A stretch of DNA of 64,000 nt, from the NCBI GenBank assembly GCA_946965045.2, contig OX337228.1, positions 3,410,001 to 3,474,000 of the forward strand, given 5' to 3'. A program made the translations under genes and the position numbers. Source of the stretch: Epithemia pelagica. Its lineage: Eukaryota > Protista > Bacillariophyta. Positions 12,901 to 24,080 of this stretch are shown in pieces. The notes under the pieces were generated by a model that searched no databases, was not told the origin of the DNA, and worked only from the letters and a program-made list of their open reading frames with translations. Positions within the stretch are counted from its first letter, which is position 1. Every line of letters begins with the position of its first letter.

Positions 12901-12996
12901 AAGAAACTTATGGTAGGTATACTTGTGAAGCAACGTGTTGCACGAGAGTATGGGGTAAAATCATCCGACTCTGATCAAGCAATTTGCTTGAACTGA
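9994..12996 (+). CDS. XPC: XPC/Rad4 nucleotide-excision-repair damage sensor
   Basis: C-terminal BHD1-3-like motifs: MPTSKTAFANHPIYILKSQL, FAGEFVYLRRDV, LYALWQT, IPLNEHKNVEL, YAPCLIGF, GPVVRGIVV. Start placed at ATG 9994; the ORF track extends to 9865. Confidence 0.85.
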   Translation: MSFEWNSDDDGADNSDWTDKPNNTKGDFNDSAHIDCMIPLEDIAENNHNDWDMEFATANQKDDGSDDENSFVDWEDADQPEISKVSSPSGVTTSTVPDTQGPTRQKFPELKPVTVNLSDAGIDEKHESLGQQKRKRPRRRNIWKFAQLSHTLQATLSNLQQAHLLSWISHVVFVSTLHEEGDVIPTLELALAASVIPSTFIKSMDISDKPKAPSVLMVQDFCTWFKQYHHQKRHDHLVQRQQNRRGRRQQRRGHRSSLRDVNPCNNILLSTAFKKWIHASFLGSSPAENNEDTDPTVEGYPVLLDGLFSNLLCLTLMRHAFGWRVRWCMVLDNVIGLDLTVNHPFLLAGTQCLSCWTSLASAWRNQTCHSVAFACDTNSTNEDSLHTKKHGIKKRKRQHDSNKDKNKEARNGYSARLPVSPAKFLWGFIEVQVLDEVGSWQNGKTTKPRTVDSKATLDSLKRHRWTHVDVSDDCFVSATNSINRTPCDSVRIDQPMSVGSKFADLQLQADRFSGSSRRDNTENLMSTSFQRNKQNSRLHSNSRRPPRNSVVTPSPVAFVVAVEHAFIQNGNCEGITFSSRSTPPFRCTDVTPRYSSSRITTLQRRCLSRLEIQNELADNASRLSVWWTSTLDAINKKASKRDSIGTYASKADSKPVTGAGSKDLIDRPSYHVNSTKKGRVMSTCVTYPKEDNELGDFQCSETLQSADFARQNDDNDIVFSNDAETEPMPTSKTAFANHPIYILKSQLGKTHVVEPSAKVCGLFAGEFVYLRRDVTTALEPRAWLYKGRKVKSCEQDKPAIRLSPRKKPASKQRFKPLRTYGVGVDNDNSERKNEMENASSSCKEDEFLRSGDRRLYALWQTVPWAPEPVGPQDPIPLNEHKNVELGLLNPGLVHIDMPGEAVHAAKVLGVPYAPCLIGFGTSGKGGPVVRGIVVHSHNAAVIQQATEEIRQHKYEKENDERQERAKKLWKKLMVGILVKQRVAREYGVKSSDSDQAICLN

Positions 12997-13040
12997 AACC
13001 AACCGGACGAGCTGACGACACCAAGAGCTACAACGAATGA

Positions 13041-15006
13041 CTACACGGTTGCGGTGTTCGGCTTTTCCCTGGTATCCTGGGCGTTCGCTGCGGCTTTCGT
13101 CAAAAGTTGAAGTCCTTGAAGGACTGCTTGTGGTGACTTTTGTTCACCCACTGCCTTTTCCCCTTCTTGTGCATCTGAAGCAACCGCAGCGGCTGCTGCC
13201 GCTGCTGCAGCGGCTGCCAATGCCACTTGCTCTTGCTGTGAAGATTCGTCTTTTGAGCCTGGCTCTTCTGATCGAGTAGTCTCCTCTTGACCATCAGTCT
13301 GTGTGCTCGGTGTCTGTGCGGGAATCGATCCCCCCGCCTTTGCTTGGTTTTCTTCACCAGCCAAAGACGGGTCGCCATTCGAGGAGGGGTCCTTCTTCTT
13401 TTGTTTCTGAGTAGGCAATGCTTGACCTCGTTTCTCTAAAAGAGTCGAGTTCGAGGCCTCAGCGGCAGCTTGAGTTTCGCCTTTCTCCTCCTTACTTTCG
13501 TCTGGTTTCTCTGCTTCTTCCAACGCAACCGTAGCCACTGGTGCCTCCTTTACATCTACTGAAATCGGGTTCTCTGTCTGCATATTATCAACCTTAACCT
13601 GTGCAACAGCTTGCTGAACGACCGGAGGAGTTACTTCTTGTTTCTCCGCCACATGTGGCTTCTTCAAGTCCCTGTCACTCAGGCTCCGGGCTTCTTCTCT
13701 CTTTCTTTTGGCCTGACGCTTCGCATCGCTAGTCCACGTCTTGGCGTCTTTCAGAGCTGAAATGACCAAAGGGCATCGTGAGTATAAGTACATGAATAGA
13801 ACTAACTTGACTCCGGACTTACCTTTCATCACCTTTAGAATCGATTTGGGACGATCCATGGGATTTCCATCAAGATCCAGAAACTTTCCTCCTCGATCGA
13901 TGATAGCTTGGTAAATCTTAAGTCCGATTTTACGCTTAGATATTTTGCTGGTAGTCGAGTCGTATGTTGGATAGGCGGCGGCAACCATGTTTCTGAAATG
14001 GCGGTTAAGCTGCTGTACCTTTCCACCTTTATACCAGGCAATGAGAATAAACAAACTTACGACCTCTAATCGTAACAAATCAGCACTTACCCTTGCCAGA
14101 CACAACGTCTTTACCGAGATTAATTTTGTAACTATAACTGGAGAGATCGACTATCAAAATATGGATTCGTGAGTACATGATTATGGCTCCTCTCCGAAAA
14201 GAAACGTTCCAACATAAATAGGACCACTTACCTTCTTCTTCTAAAGGCAGCGGCAAGTCAGTGTTGTCCTCCGTAAGATCAAGGGTGAAAAACGCATTGT
14301 TTGGATCGTTTGACACACGGGCTTGTGGACCTGGAGGGAGGGTTATCGTAATATTCTGACCTGGAGCAGCACCAATCGAAGCGGCAAAATTTGGTGGAGC
14401 AACTAGGTATGCTTGTGGGGGAATGGACGCCGGGGTGTCGCCATTGGGGGTCTGAATTTGGACCATGGTTGCAACTGGTGGTGGTGCGGCTTGACCGTCT
14501 CCCCCAGTAACAGCATTGGGTGCAGGGGGAGACCCGACAACTGAAACTGGCAAATTCGAACTCTCACCCTCTTTTGTTTTGCCGGCCGCAGATGCGTCGC
14601 TAGTAGGTGCCGGCACAGACTCTGCGGCAGTCGCCGCATCCCCCTGAGCCTGAGCATTTCCATTTCCGGTGGATGCCGCCTGAAGACTTGCAGCTGGGAA
14701 CCCCGTAGGAATAGAGGCGGCACTTAAAACAGCCCAGGTCAGACAAAGATATTTCACTGAATGTTCTTTGATGTTTTCTTACCTCGTCCCATCTCCAAAC
14801 ACAACCGTCGGGACGTACTGAAGCCTCCACACAACGCCTGTAGCTGGTGGTAGATTCACGGATGATGTCGATGGTTGAGCCTGCTGTGGTGTATCAGATG
14901 CAGCTTCCTCCGCCTTTGTTTCCTCTTTATCTTCTTTTGGAGGAGCTTCTACTGGCGCTTCGGCTTGTTGCTCTTGTGGTTGTTCTTGTTGCTCGTTTTC
15001 CGACAT
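13041..15006 (-). CDS. DUF6824-type domain protein with low-complexity flanks; exons 14783-15006, 14232-14722, 14091-14150, 13823-14026, 13041-13756
   Basis: Splicing four GT-AG introns gives a 564-aa frame containing KDVVSGKGGKVQQLNRHFRNMV...Y...K..I...I...IIDRGGKFL...KALKD, the pattern of the diatom-expanded DUF6824 domain. Confidence 0.75.
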
Positions 15007-15439
15007 CGTCAATAATCTAATTGTCGATCCTTCTTTTTTGCGTTGTAAGAGCGACACAGCGCGACCTCTTCTTTACGTATCTCTGGTACAAACTCTACGT
15101 CTCGCCTCTCGCCAGTTGGTCGAGAGAAAGAACGCTAATTTAGTAGCCAATAGTCGCGGATGATTCTCCAAAACCTCATATTGTAGAGCAAAGTGTACGA
15201 CTATTTACAAAGTAGTAGTAAAAAAAGTCAACCAAATTATTTCTACAAGACCCAGCCGTGGCTGCAAGGGCCAACTGCCATCTCTATTCTCTATCACCTC
15301 TAGAGTAGCTCGAGAGAGCTACTCCTACTCCTACAATAGGGTTTGGACTGTTTGGACGAAGACGGACAAAATAGATTATCGTAACAGAAATCAGGAGTAT
15401 GAAGCAACAGGAGGTAGAGACGATAATAGATAACGGCTG

Positions 15440-16702
15440 CTATATCTCGCTTGGATCATTTGTTCTGGTATCGTATCCATCGTCAATACCGCTGATGGGT
15501 TCATTGGATGATGCTGCTTGATGCCGATCTTCCGAATGTTGTATATCTCTTAGAATCTCGTCAATTCGTTGCTGTCTAGTGTTGATGTAAACTTCGTATT
15601 CGTCTTGTTCCACGTCATCTTCGACAACAATCGGTGGCTCCTCCGTACCGTGGACTGAATCGGAATGCGATGCACCAACAGCAGGTACGACATGCATTGA
15701 ATCCCTATTGGACTCACTTGACGAAGATTGAAGAGATGTAGGTGTGACAATTACTGCACCAAGAGCTGCCTCTCCACTTTGAACTGGTGTCGCTTCCATT
15801 TGTGCAAGCCGTCGTTCACGTTCTTCCGCTCGTTGACGCTGCAAGCGCTCTTTCTCACGTGTACGTTTTTCTTTGATGAGAGCCATTTCCCGAGCTCTTG
15901 CTCTCTCGATATCCGAAAGACCATAGTCGTCAACTCGGTTGTCGAGTGTGCGCATAAAGATGACAGTAATAAGGAAACCAGAGAGCCATAAGATTGTTCC
16001 AGCAATTAGGACGAGCCCACCTTCATCGATGCTGCAGGATGAATCTGGAAATATATTGTTACAGAGATCTGACCGTAAGAAGATGAATGATAAAGATGCC
16101 GCTACAGTGCCTGAAAGCAGCACAGTTGATAAGATGATGATCTGCCATGTGTTCCATGCGATGCACGAATTGACCACGGCCCATAGAACAACCACGATTC
16201 CAAGAAGAACAGACATGCTTCCTGCTATTCTCGCCATCTCAAAGTATTTCTCTGAAAACTCTTCTTTCATAGACTGCTGGTAACCAACACAAGTTCCCTC
16301 ATCCCAGTCCCGATCATCATTTGGTCGCAACCACTGAAAGAGGCCAAGGGCAGTCTTAAATTCTCTGAGAGAATCAGTCTGTACTGAATTGAATCGCGAG
16401 AAGGTTTGTTCAAAATTTCCAGAGTCCGATCGAAACGTCAAAACTACCATACGACAAGAAGCTACTGAGTACGTTGTTGCAACCAGAGCGGCGCATGAAG
16501 CCAAGAGAAGCCCAGCAGAAATGAAGCCTCCGTGGGGAAAAGTGCTGTCACAGGAAAACGCAGAAAGAGTTAGAGTTAACAATGAATAATTATTCTTTCC
16601 AAAAGGCAGCGCTATAGAATAGACCCGTACCAGATTCCGGTGAAGTGGGTCATCTTTAGTAGACTTGTTCTTTACTGAACTTGCGGTTGTCACTTTTGTC
16701 AC
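15440..16702 (-). CDS. Four-TM membrane protein (claudin/tetraspan-like topology) with coiled-coil cytosolic tail; possible 5' intron
   Basis: Four hydrophobic segments, GLF and Cys residues in the first loop, CxxxxxxxxC in the second loop, and a charged C-terminal tail. Confidence 0.65.
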   Translation of the reverse strand: MTKVTTASSVKNKSTKDDPLHRNLVRVYSIALPFGKNNYSLLTLTLSAFSCDSTFPHGGFISAGLLLASCAALVATTYSVASCRMVVLTFRSDSGNFEQTFSRFNSVQTDSLREFKTALGLFQWLRPNDDRDWDEGTCVGYQQSMKEEFSEKYFEMARIAGSMSVLLGIVVVLWAVVNSCIAWNTWQIIILSTVLLSGTVAASLSFIFLRSDLCNNIFPDSSCSIDEGGLVLIAGTILWLSGFLITVIFMRTLDNRVDDYGLSDIERARAREMALIKEKRTREKERLQRQRAEERERRLAQMEATPVQSGEAALGAVIVTPTSLQSSSSESNRDSMHVVPAVGASHSDSVHGTEEPPIVVEDDVEQDEYEVYINTRQQRIDEILRDIQHSEDRHQAASSNEPISGIDDGYDTRTNDPSEI

Positions 16703-17027
16703 AATGGTGCTGATACTTCTTGTGTCGTTGATTGATTTTTTGTTGTATTTTTGTCATGTGAAAATTGATTGTGTGCATGACCTGCGAGTTTGAATCGCGC
16801 TCCGATAATCCAAGAGTGGCATGCGACCATGTACGGTGTCTTCTCTTGCTTGGGCTTTGCCGCATGTGATCCATGACGAATCGTCCAACAAAATCAACGA
16901 TCTGGGAGGACGCGCGCGGTGCGCGGCAAAATATTGGATGACATGCGTGCACAATTTTTTACGAATTGGTCTTTGCATATATTATTGCATCCGCGATCCG
17001 CGCGTCTCTGCTAGGTTTTTATGAGTA

Positions 17028-17632
17028 AGGGCTGGGGATACCGATCCATGTACATCTAAGTAGTCTCAGTACAAAAGCTACGTAGAGTACATAAAATCAC
17101 ATAGTACACGTCACGCCGGAAATGGTCGGAATTTCAAAAAAATGCAAAAACGATCGACAATGATGGCGAGATCCGGTGACGCCGTATGCATTCACCCATG
17201 CATCGCATAAACATCCAACCACCGTAAGTCCTTTGCCTTTACCTTTGAAATTGTTGTCTGAAATTACAGAAGATTTGCCAAGTTGGCTGAAAAGGTACGC
17301 TGATTTTTCTGCAGTGATGAAATCGAACGACCGCCCTAACTCACTCATTTTTCAATCCTGACTCGACCGAATTGAAACCATAGTTGATCTAGTAGTAAAG
17401 AGTCTTATTCTAAAAGCGGTTTAGGCGAGCTCTATTATTGAGGAAGTTATGGCCATGGGGGTGATGGCTTCCACCATTGTCGAGCGATTTGCATTGTTTC
17501 TCGTGGCAGCAAGTTTTCAGTTTGCGACTCGGTGTGACCATCCGCCCCACTTCTTACACAGACGAAAATAGTACTACGTAGTTTAATGTACTGAGCCTAC
17601 TTAGATGTACATGGATCGGTATCCCCAGCCCT
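17028..17632. mobile_element. MITE, about 605 bp, with 46-bp TIRs
   Basis: 17028-17073 and 17587-17632 are reverse complements with 1 mismatch. Flanked by TA/TA; an alternative reading is TAA|GGGC...GCCC|TTA. No convincing internal CDS. Confidence 0.85.
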
Positions 17633-17746
17633 TAGGTAGTAGCTTTACCCCCCAGCGGGGGTAGCTTTGAGGGTGTAATTTCGTGTAGCCACCCCCATCT
17701 CTAAGAGCAAATAATAACCTATTTCTTGACGGTAGGCATATCTCAT

Positions 17747-18301
17747 TTCCTCCACCACGATAACAACACGGGCCATGGTGTTGCACAGGTTGTTGTGCAC
17801 CTATTTGGACTCTTGAAACCTGTCTTCCCAGTCATAGACCTCAAACCAATAGTGTAGAATGCATCTGCATCACCAAAATTTAAAGGTTAAGGCTATTATG
17901 CGTCAGACTCATAGGCGCCATGCCTCGTGGCACAGGCACGGAAGCGACGTCTCACAATTTCGAACGAAGCAACTCAAAGGGACAATATTATGGCTCTTAT
18001 CTTGCATTGTTTGAGCACCTATTGATACACAATACACATAGCAGTAGTAGTTACGTACAGCATTGATAACAAAACATCAACTCTCATGTATTTTCATGCC
18101 ATCATTGTCTCGTATTGTGCCCGTATTACGCGTCACTGTATTGGTCATTTCCTAGAGTGGCCCGTATCCACTGTGTCCCTCACAATGCACTTCCATGGTA
18201 CCATTATGAAGCATATGATGGTCGGATCATGATGGGGTGGCCATTGGAGGTCACCAGCAACAACAAAGTTTGATTGTCGTGTTGTTATCGTGGTGGAGGA
18301 A
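17747..18301. mobile_element. 555-bp MITE nested in the left inner TIR of the Harbinger-type element
   Basis: Perfect 24-bp TIRs (17747-17770, 18278-18301) with AT on both flanks (17745-46, 18302-03). Confidence 0.8.
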
Positions 18302-18648
18302 ATGGGTGTTTACTGAAAGTAGTTAACAGACTTAACGAACGAACACAAACTCAAATATTTTGTACCCATAACCTGCTCATTGGATGCTTATGTTAAGATA
18401 CAGCCAAGAAATGCTCGGCACCTCGGACTGCCGAGCAAACGAAACACCCTAAACATAACATCCTCAACGCACGTAAGACACCTTGCCACCTCTATAGATA
18501 TATATGTATTCGTATAAGATATACATCTTGCAACCCCCCAAACAAAGAAATTCCTTGGTTGTGGTTTGCACCTCCGCCTCCACCCTCCTCCTTCTGTTTG
18601 CACCTCCGCCTCCACCCTCCTCCTTCTCTCTCTCATGGTTGAATCACC

Positions 18649-19923
18649 ATGGAGGAGTTTCGTCCGGCTTCCTTGTCTCCAGACTCTTCCTCTGATGAAT
18701 CTACCATCATGCCGACACCAGTTGCAGCTGAAGAAGGGGTTGAAGAAGAGCAAGTGGTAGATGACAACGAAGAAATTGATGTCTCGGCAGAGATGCGACG
18801 ACTGGACGAGCTTCGATCCTCTCCAGGAGAAGGAAACTTGCCTATGAGGCGCCGTGAGTCTCCCCGTCTTGCAAAAAAGCGTGAGGATACAGCTGCTTCG
18901 GTCGCTGCGGCTATCAAGAAGTCCAAGCGCAGCAACAATCCAACTAACTTGAAGGCGACAACACAAGCCGCGAGGGCGACAACACAACCTGCGAGGACAA
19001 CACAACCTGCAAAGACAAGTACCAAGACGACCAAACCACCCCCTATGTCGGCAAACAAGAAAAAAGGAGGAAATGGTGGGGCAGGGCGGAGCAAAGGACC
19101 AACCTACAAGAAAGGGGAAGTTGACTTTCTCCTAGATCTGTTAGAAGACCTGAAGCCAGCCTGTTCTGATGAATGGGACATCGTCACTCAAGAGTACAAC
19201 AAGCAGTTTCCAGGTCGTGAACGAGACAGAGACTCGTTGCAACGAAAATTCAACACCTTACACAACAAGAAGGTACCCACAGGAAACCCCACAATGCCCG
19301 AGGATGTGGAAAGGGCCAAGATGGTCATTGGTTTGATCTGCGCAAAAGTTGATGCTGGTGGTGATGTTGATGAAGACGACCTTGGAATAGAAGAAGACGA
19401 AGAAGAAGAGGACGAACAACCTACAAGGATCCCGACGAACTTATTCAAGACTGGTGACGCAGAAGCCACCAATATTACAGAATCTTCAATTTCCACGGTA
19501 CGTTCCCTTAAATCCGGACGAACTCCACGTAGGAGGTCACCCAAACAAGAACAGGCCCAAGAGCAGAAGGACCTCATGACCTGGCTCATCATGAGCATGA
19601 ACAAAAAGCAGGAGAAGGACGACGAAGACAGGAAAGAGCGTGCAAAAGAGGCCCAGCAAAATGCAACAATGCAACAGCTGCTCTTCCAACAGATGCAGCA
19701 GCAAGCAACAATGGCCCAACAGCAGGCCACACTTGCGGCACAACAGCGCCAACAAGATCAACAACAGTTCATGATGTTTATGGCTGGTATGTTTGGAAAG
19801 AACGCCGACAACAATCATAATTTAAAGAAGAAACGAAGCCGTGAAGAAGAAGGAGAAAATGAGCACGATGAGCACGATGACCATGGAGGACACAATGACT
19901 ATCAAGATCACGAAGAAAATTAA
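18649..19923 (+). CDS. Myb/SANT-like (DUF6818-type) DNA-binding partner protein of the Harbinger-type transposon
   Basis: YKKGEVDFLLDLLEDLKP...EWDIV..EYN...RDRDSLQRKFNTL...PTGNPTMPEDVERAK; convergent with the transposase. Confidence 0.78.
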   Translation: MEEFRPASLSPDSSSDESTIMPTPVAAEEGVEEEQVVDDNEEIDVSAEMRRLDELRSSPGEGNLPMRRRESPRLAKKREDTAASVAAAIKKSKRSNNPTNLKATTQAARATTQPARTTQPAKTSTKTTKPPPMSANKKKGGNGGAGRSKGPTYKKGEVDFLLDLLEDLKPACSDEWDIVTQEYNKQFPGRERDRDSLQRKFNTLHNKKVPTGNPTMPEDVERAKMVIGLICAKVDAGGDVDEDDLGIEEDEEEEDEQPTRIPTNLFKTGDAEATNITESSISTVRSLKSGRTPRRRSPKQEQAQEQKDLMTWLIMSMNKKQEKDDEDRKERAKEAQQNATMQQLLFQQMQQQATMAQQQATLAAQQRQQDQQQFMMFMAGMFGKNADNNHNLKKKRSREEEGENEHDEHDDHGGHNDYQDHEEN

Positions 19924-19971
19924 GGATAACAATCAAATAAAATTTAGTAAGAGTTCCATTGAAAGGATATT

Positions 19972-21189
19972 CTAGAAATTACTAGTGGCACGAGCAGCAT
20001 TTTGACGGAGTTGTGGCATGTATGTCGTCTGGATTTGATTAAATCCAACAGTTGATGCTCTAAAGTTGTAAAGGAGAGCAATCAACCGTAGAATCACTCG
20101 GCGCTCTCCAACCTCTTCATAGGGGAGACGGTCTTTGAGGCGAGGGAAAGATGCCTGTAGACCTCTCATCCCCCACTCCGACAATTGCCGAACAGAAGTT
20201 GCGGCACGGAACACTACGCGTCTCATCCGCACATTACCATCGTTGTCAAAATTTGACTGATGCGACTTAAGCAAGGAGGGACGGTTTTCCCTTCCAAAGG
20301 CAGAATCAACTACCACACGGGCTCCACCATTATCTCTCTCCCGCTCATGTAGTTCATCTAACTTGTTGTAGATGTTTGAAATAGAGGCAAGTGTAGAGTC
20401 ATGCCATGAACCTGGAGCGTTTATAAAACAAGCACGGATTTTGCCATCCGGTGAGTAGACAAAGAGATTGGACACATAGTGGTCGTGAGTCCATCCATTG
20501 TAAAACATGTTTTGTGTCAACGGATTTGCGGCAACACAGAGCTTCAAACCATCCATGGCTGCCCAAATGTTGGCAAGACAGGGGTACTTGGCTTGGATTG
20601 ACTGTTTGAATACAGCAATTTCTTCAGGTGTTGGAAGCTCTACCTTGGCGTCTGGATGCTTGGCAAGGACCTTGACCAGGATCCTCCTTCCGAATCTAAG
20701 CCACACTGATAACGGGTTGGCTGTGAAGCCGAATATCAATTGTAGTACTTTCCTGGATCCTCGAGTACGGGTCCATGCCAGCACAAGTCCTAGACACATG
20801 ACCGCTGTTATTTTCCTGCGCCTACCATGATTCCTCCTTGTAAGTCGTCGCATGTGTCCCCGATTGTTATGTGACTGTGGGTAAGGAGTGTAGGCTTTGA
20901 ACATTGGTCTGAACAGGGTTAGAAGCCGATTGAACGCTGCATGATCAAAACCACAAAGGGTGATTAACGCGTCATCCTGCATTGACCTATAGAGGTGCAT
21001 AAATGCAGAGTTAAGGGGGTCATGTAACGCATTTCTGCGGATTACGGACCTACGCAGTTGGTTGTATTCGTCTATTTCGTTGTTGTTCTGTTGCTGGAGA
21101 AGCAACATCATCAGAATGGAAGCTTCCTCCATTGTCTTAGTTCTTGTATGGTGGAGGGAGACGAATGAGCATTGGGGGAGATTAGGCAT
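19972..21189 (-). CDS. DDE_Tnp_4 (PIF/Harbinger/IS5-related) transposase, apparently intact
   Basis: WAAMDG, FYNGW, PGSWHDS, VVDSAF and SEWGMRGLQASFPRL motifs; uninterrupted 405-codon ORF. Confidence 0.92.
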   Translation of the reverse strand: MPNLPQCSFVSLHHTRTKTMEEASILMMLLLQQQNNNEIDEYNQLRRSVIRRNALHDPLNSAFMHLYRSMQDDALITLCGFDHAAFNRLLTLFRPMFKAYTPYPQSHNNRGHMRRLTRRNHGRRRKITAVMCLGLVLAWTRTRGSRKVLQLIFGFTANPLSVWLRFGRRILVKVLAKHPDAKVELPTPEEIAVFKQSIQAKYPCLANIWAAMDGLKLCVAANPLTQNMFYNGWTHDHYVSNLFVYSPDGKIRACFINAPGSWHDSTLASISNIYNKLDELHERERDNGGARVVVDSAFGRENRPSLLKSHQSNFDNDGNVRMRRVVFRAATSVRQLSEWGMRGLQASFPRLKDRLPYEEVGERRVILRLIALLYNFRASTVGFNQIQTTYMPQLRQNAARATSNF

Positions 21190-21544
21190 GCGTGTACACG
21201 TGTATCCAAAGATAGGTTGTGTTTTTATTGGATTTGACCTATTTTGTATTCAGGACATACGATAAACTTAAACTTAAACCTAATGGTTGAGTTTGTGTTT
21301 ATGTTTGTGTCCATTGCACTTTCAGTAAACACCCAATAATGAGATATGCCTACCGTCAAGATCCAGCGAAAAGAGAAGGGGGTGTTTCAACGAAATTACT
21401 CCCTAAAAAAACCCCCGCTGGGGGGTAGTAGTAGCTTAGATACGAAACATCGTACTCCCTAGAGAGAGTACGCGGGTGAAGCAAAAAGCAACAGGTGACA
21501 ACTCTCTATCCAAAACTCCCTTGCGTAGCACAATGTCATAGACC

Positions 21545-22849
21545 ATGGCGAGCAACCAAAGCGACGACCGGATGAATGCTGGCATTGAAATCTCTGATGG
21601 AGCGAAGGAGGCCGAGGATCCACAATGTGACGCGGATGCCAAAAGATCCCCAACATTTCCAGGAGATCCACAATGTGACGCTGATGCCAACAGATCCCCA
21701 ACATTTCCAGGAGCCGCAGACATCGCGTCAATTCTACATAGCAGTGGACCCATCGTCAAGGCGGTTGTCCTACGGCATGGACTTCTTGACAGAAAGGACA
21801 CCGAACTGTGTACGAGTCAGTCAGTCGGTCCTGATTCGATGGACTCTAAATCAAGTGCTCAGTTGGACGAGGATGGAAAGGGGAATCACTCTCGTCCTTT
21901 GCTTAATGACTTAGTTGAAGAGATTGAAATTGACACCACTCCGTCAAGGAATCAAGTGGTGAAGATTTTGGGTGGCCCTTTCACCTTCTTGGGACAGTGG
22001 CCTTCAGAAGGAACAGTTGCAATGGTTCGGAAATCCTTTTTAGCAGATACATCTGAGCCTTTGCATAATCTCTCTGTCAAGACCCTACGGAAGAAATGCG
22101 AACTCCAGGGAATAGATACCTCGTCTATGATAGAAAAGTCAGAACTTGTGACAGCTCTTGAGGATTTTCAAAGCAAATGCTTGCCTCTCAATCCCCATCG
22201 GCTACAACCACCGCTACACAATTCAGCAGCGCATGGCGATATATTAATAATGAAGGTCGCTGAAACAAAAGAGGAACTTGATGAGGAGGATGAAATCGAG
22301 GCTTCAGAAGTTGACATTATGAGCAACGATGATTTCTTCCTCGATTACACTCGAGACGAATACCTAGAGTTTGCTTCGAGGACAGACATCGAAGCTCACG
22401 AACCACTTCATCATTCGGACGACAATGATGAAGTGACCGAACAGTGCGATGGTGATAGCGACGAAGCCGAGGACAGTGAGGATGACGAGGACTTTCGGCT
22501 AGAGGGGATTGACGAAGAAGAAAAACACGGCCTACTTAACATCATACTTGGAGGAGTCATTCAAAAGTTTCGTGAGGACAGCGGCCGTGGCCCAAATACG
22601 GAAGAAGTTTTAGAACTGCGTCGAGCCGTTGCTGCGGAACTGGAAATTCCTCTGCCATGTGAAAATGACGATAAAATGCTGTCATCTGTAGAGTCTTCCG
22701 TGCCTGACGGGGAAAAGAGGGGACGCGGCCCACTCTCTGACTCTAGACCACTGAAGAAGGTAAAATTTGCAGGCGATTCAACACGCTGTGAGAAGGAAAC
22801 CAGCGATAAAGACGAGCCCAGCCCATCGAGTGTAGAAATCAGGAAGTAA
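21545..22849 (+). CDS. Hypothetical acidic protein with a 16-aa tandem duplication and a short HeH/SAP-like helical motif
   Basis: 434-aa ORF; 48-bp unit x2 at 21617-21712 (DPQCDADAKRSPTFPG); LSVKTLRKKCELQGIDTSSMIEKSELVTAL motif. Confidence 0.7.
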   Translation: MASNQSDDRMNAGIEISDGAKEAEDPQCDADAKRSPTFPGDPQCDADANRSPTFPGAADIASILHSSGPIVKAVVLRHGLLDRKDTELCTSQSVGPDSMDSKSSAQLDEDGKGNHSRPLLNDLVEEIEIDTTPSRNQVVKILGGPFTFLGQWPSEGTVAMVRKSFLADTSEPLHNLSVKTLRKKCELQGIDTSSMIEKSELVTALEDFQSKCLPLNPHRLQPPLHNSAAHGDILIMKVAETKEELDEEDEIEASEVDIMSNDDFFLDYTRDEYLEFASRTDIEAHEPLHHSDDNDEVTEQCDGDSDEAEDSEDDEDFRLEGIDEEEKHGLLNIILGGVIQKFREDSGRGPNTEEVLELRRAVAAELEIPLPCENDDKMLSSVESSVPDGEKRGRGPLSDSRPLKKVKFAGDSTRCEKETSDKDEPSPSSVEIRK

Positions 22850-23501
22850 ATGTACCTAGGTTCGTGTTTTCGTTACTCCTCTAACGTATTGAGTTCAGGA
22901 TTTGTAAGTTGTCATTTGTCATGGGCTATGGCCTGCTTGGGCATGTTGATTTTGATCAACTACTCCTAGGAGACCTAATCTCTTGTTTCTCAGGTCTCTA
23001 CCTCTAGCTAGAGAGTAGAGAGGCGAGAGGCGTCCATATTATCTACCCGGGGTGCATGAGACACGAGGAGCCCGGGAGTGGAAATGAACGACGAAACACG
23101 CGAAACGCGAAACACGAAACCAGTTGTGAGACATGGTGTTTCTCACTATATCTCAGAGTGTATCCGTATCACTTAAATTGTACCGTGGTCATTTGTATCT
23201 TAAGGAGTAAGCACGCGCTCACAGTTTACCTCTGGTCACAACGGATCAGGAAGCTAGGGTGTTTTCCGTCGACTTGGTCGGAAAGCGCCCTGGCCGTGTC
23301 TGGCATTGTTTTGCTTTGTTTGTGTAACGTGGAGTCCAGTAGACTTTTCTACGCGGGAACCGCCCTTTTTGGTGGTGTTGGTTCGTGTATTGGCCACGGT
23401 CATTCTCAAAAGCAAGAAGATATCGAGTGGTGTGCACAAAAGTTGCCTTTGCCGCTGGACGTAACCTTCCCATTCCAAATTCCAAGGTAGGCTGAGAGTA
23501 G

Positions 23502-24080
<579 letters not shown>

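Larger units (their letters stand above)
17648..21425. mobile_element. PIF/Harbinger-type (PHIS) DNA transposon with two convergent genes and long bipartite imperfect TIRs
   Basis: Outer IR ccccccagcgggggt... at 17648-17701 matches 21372-21425. Inner IR cttgacggtaggcatatctcat...gggtgtttactgaaagt matches 21318-21360. TA on both flanks. Encloses a DDE transposase and a Myb/SANT-like ORF. Confidence 0.82.

Noticed and set aside
19188-19818. Long antisense ORFs over the Harbinger Myb-like gene, and similar shadow ORFs over other CDSs
   Set aside because: Explained by codon bias and low-complexity sequence on the coding strand.
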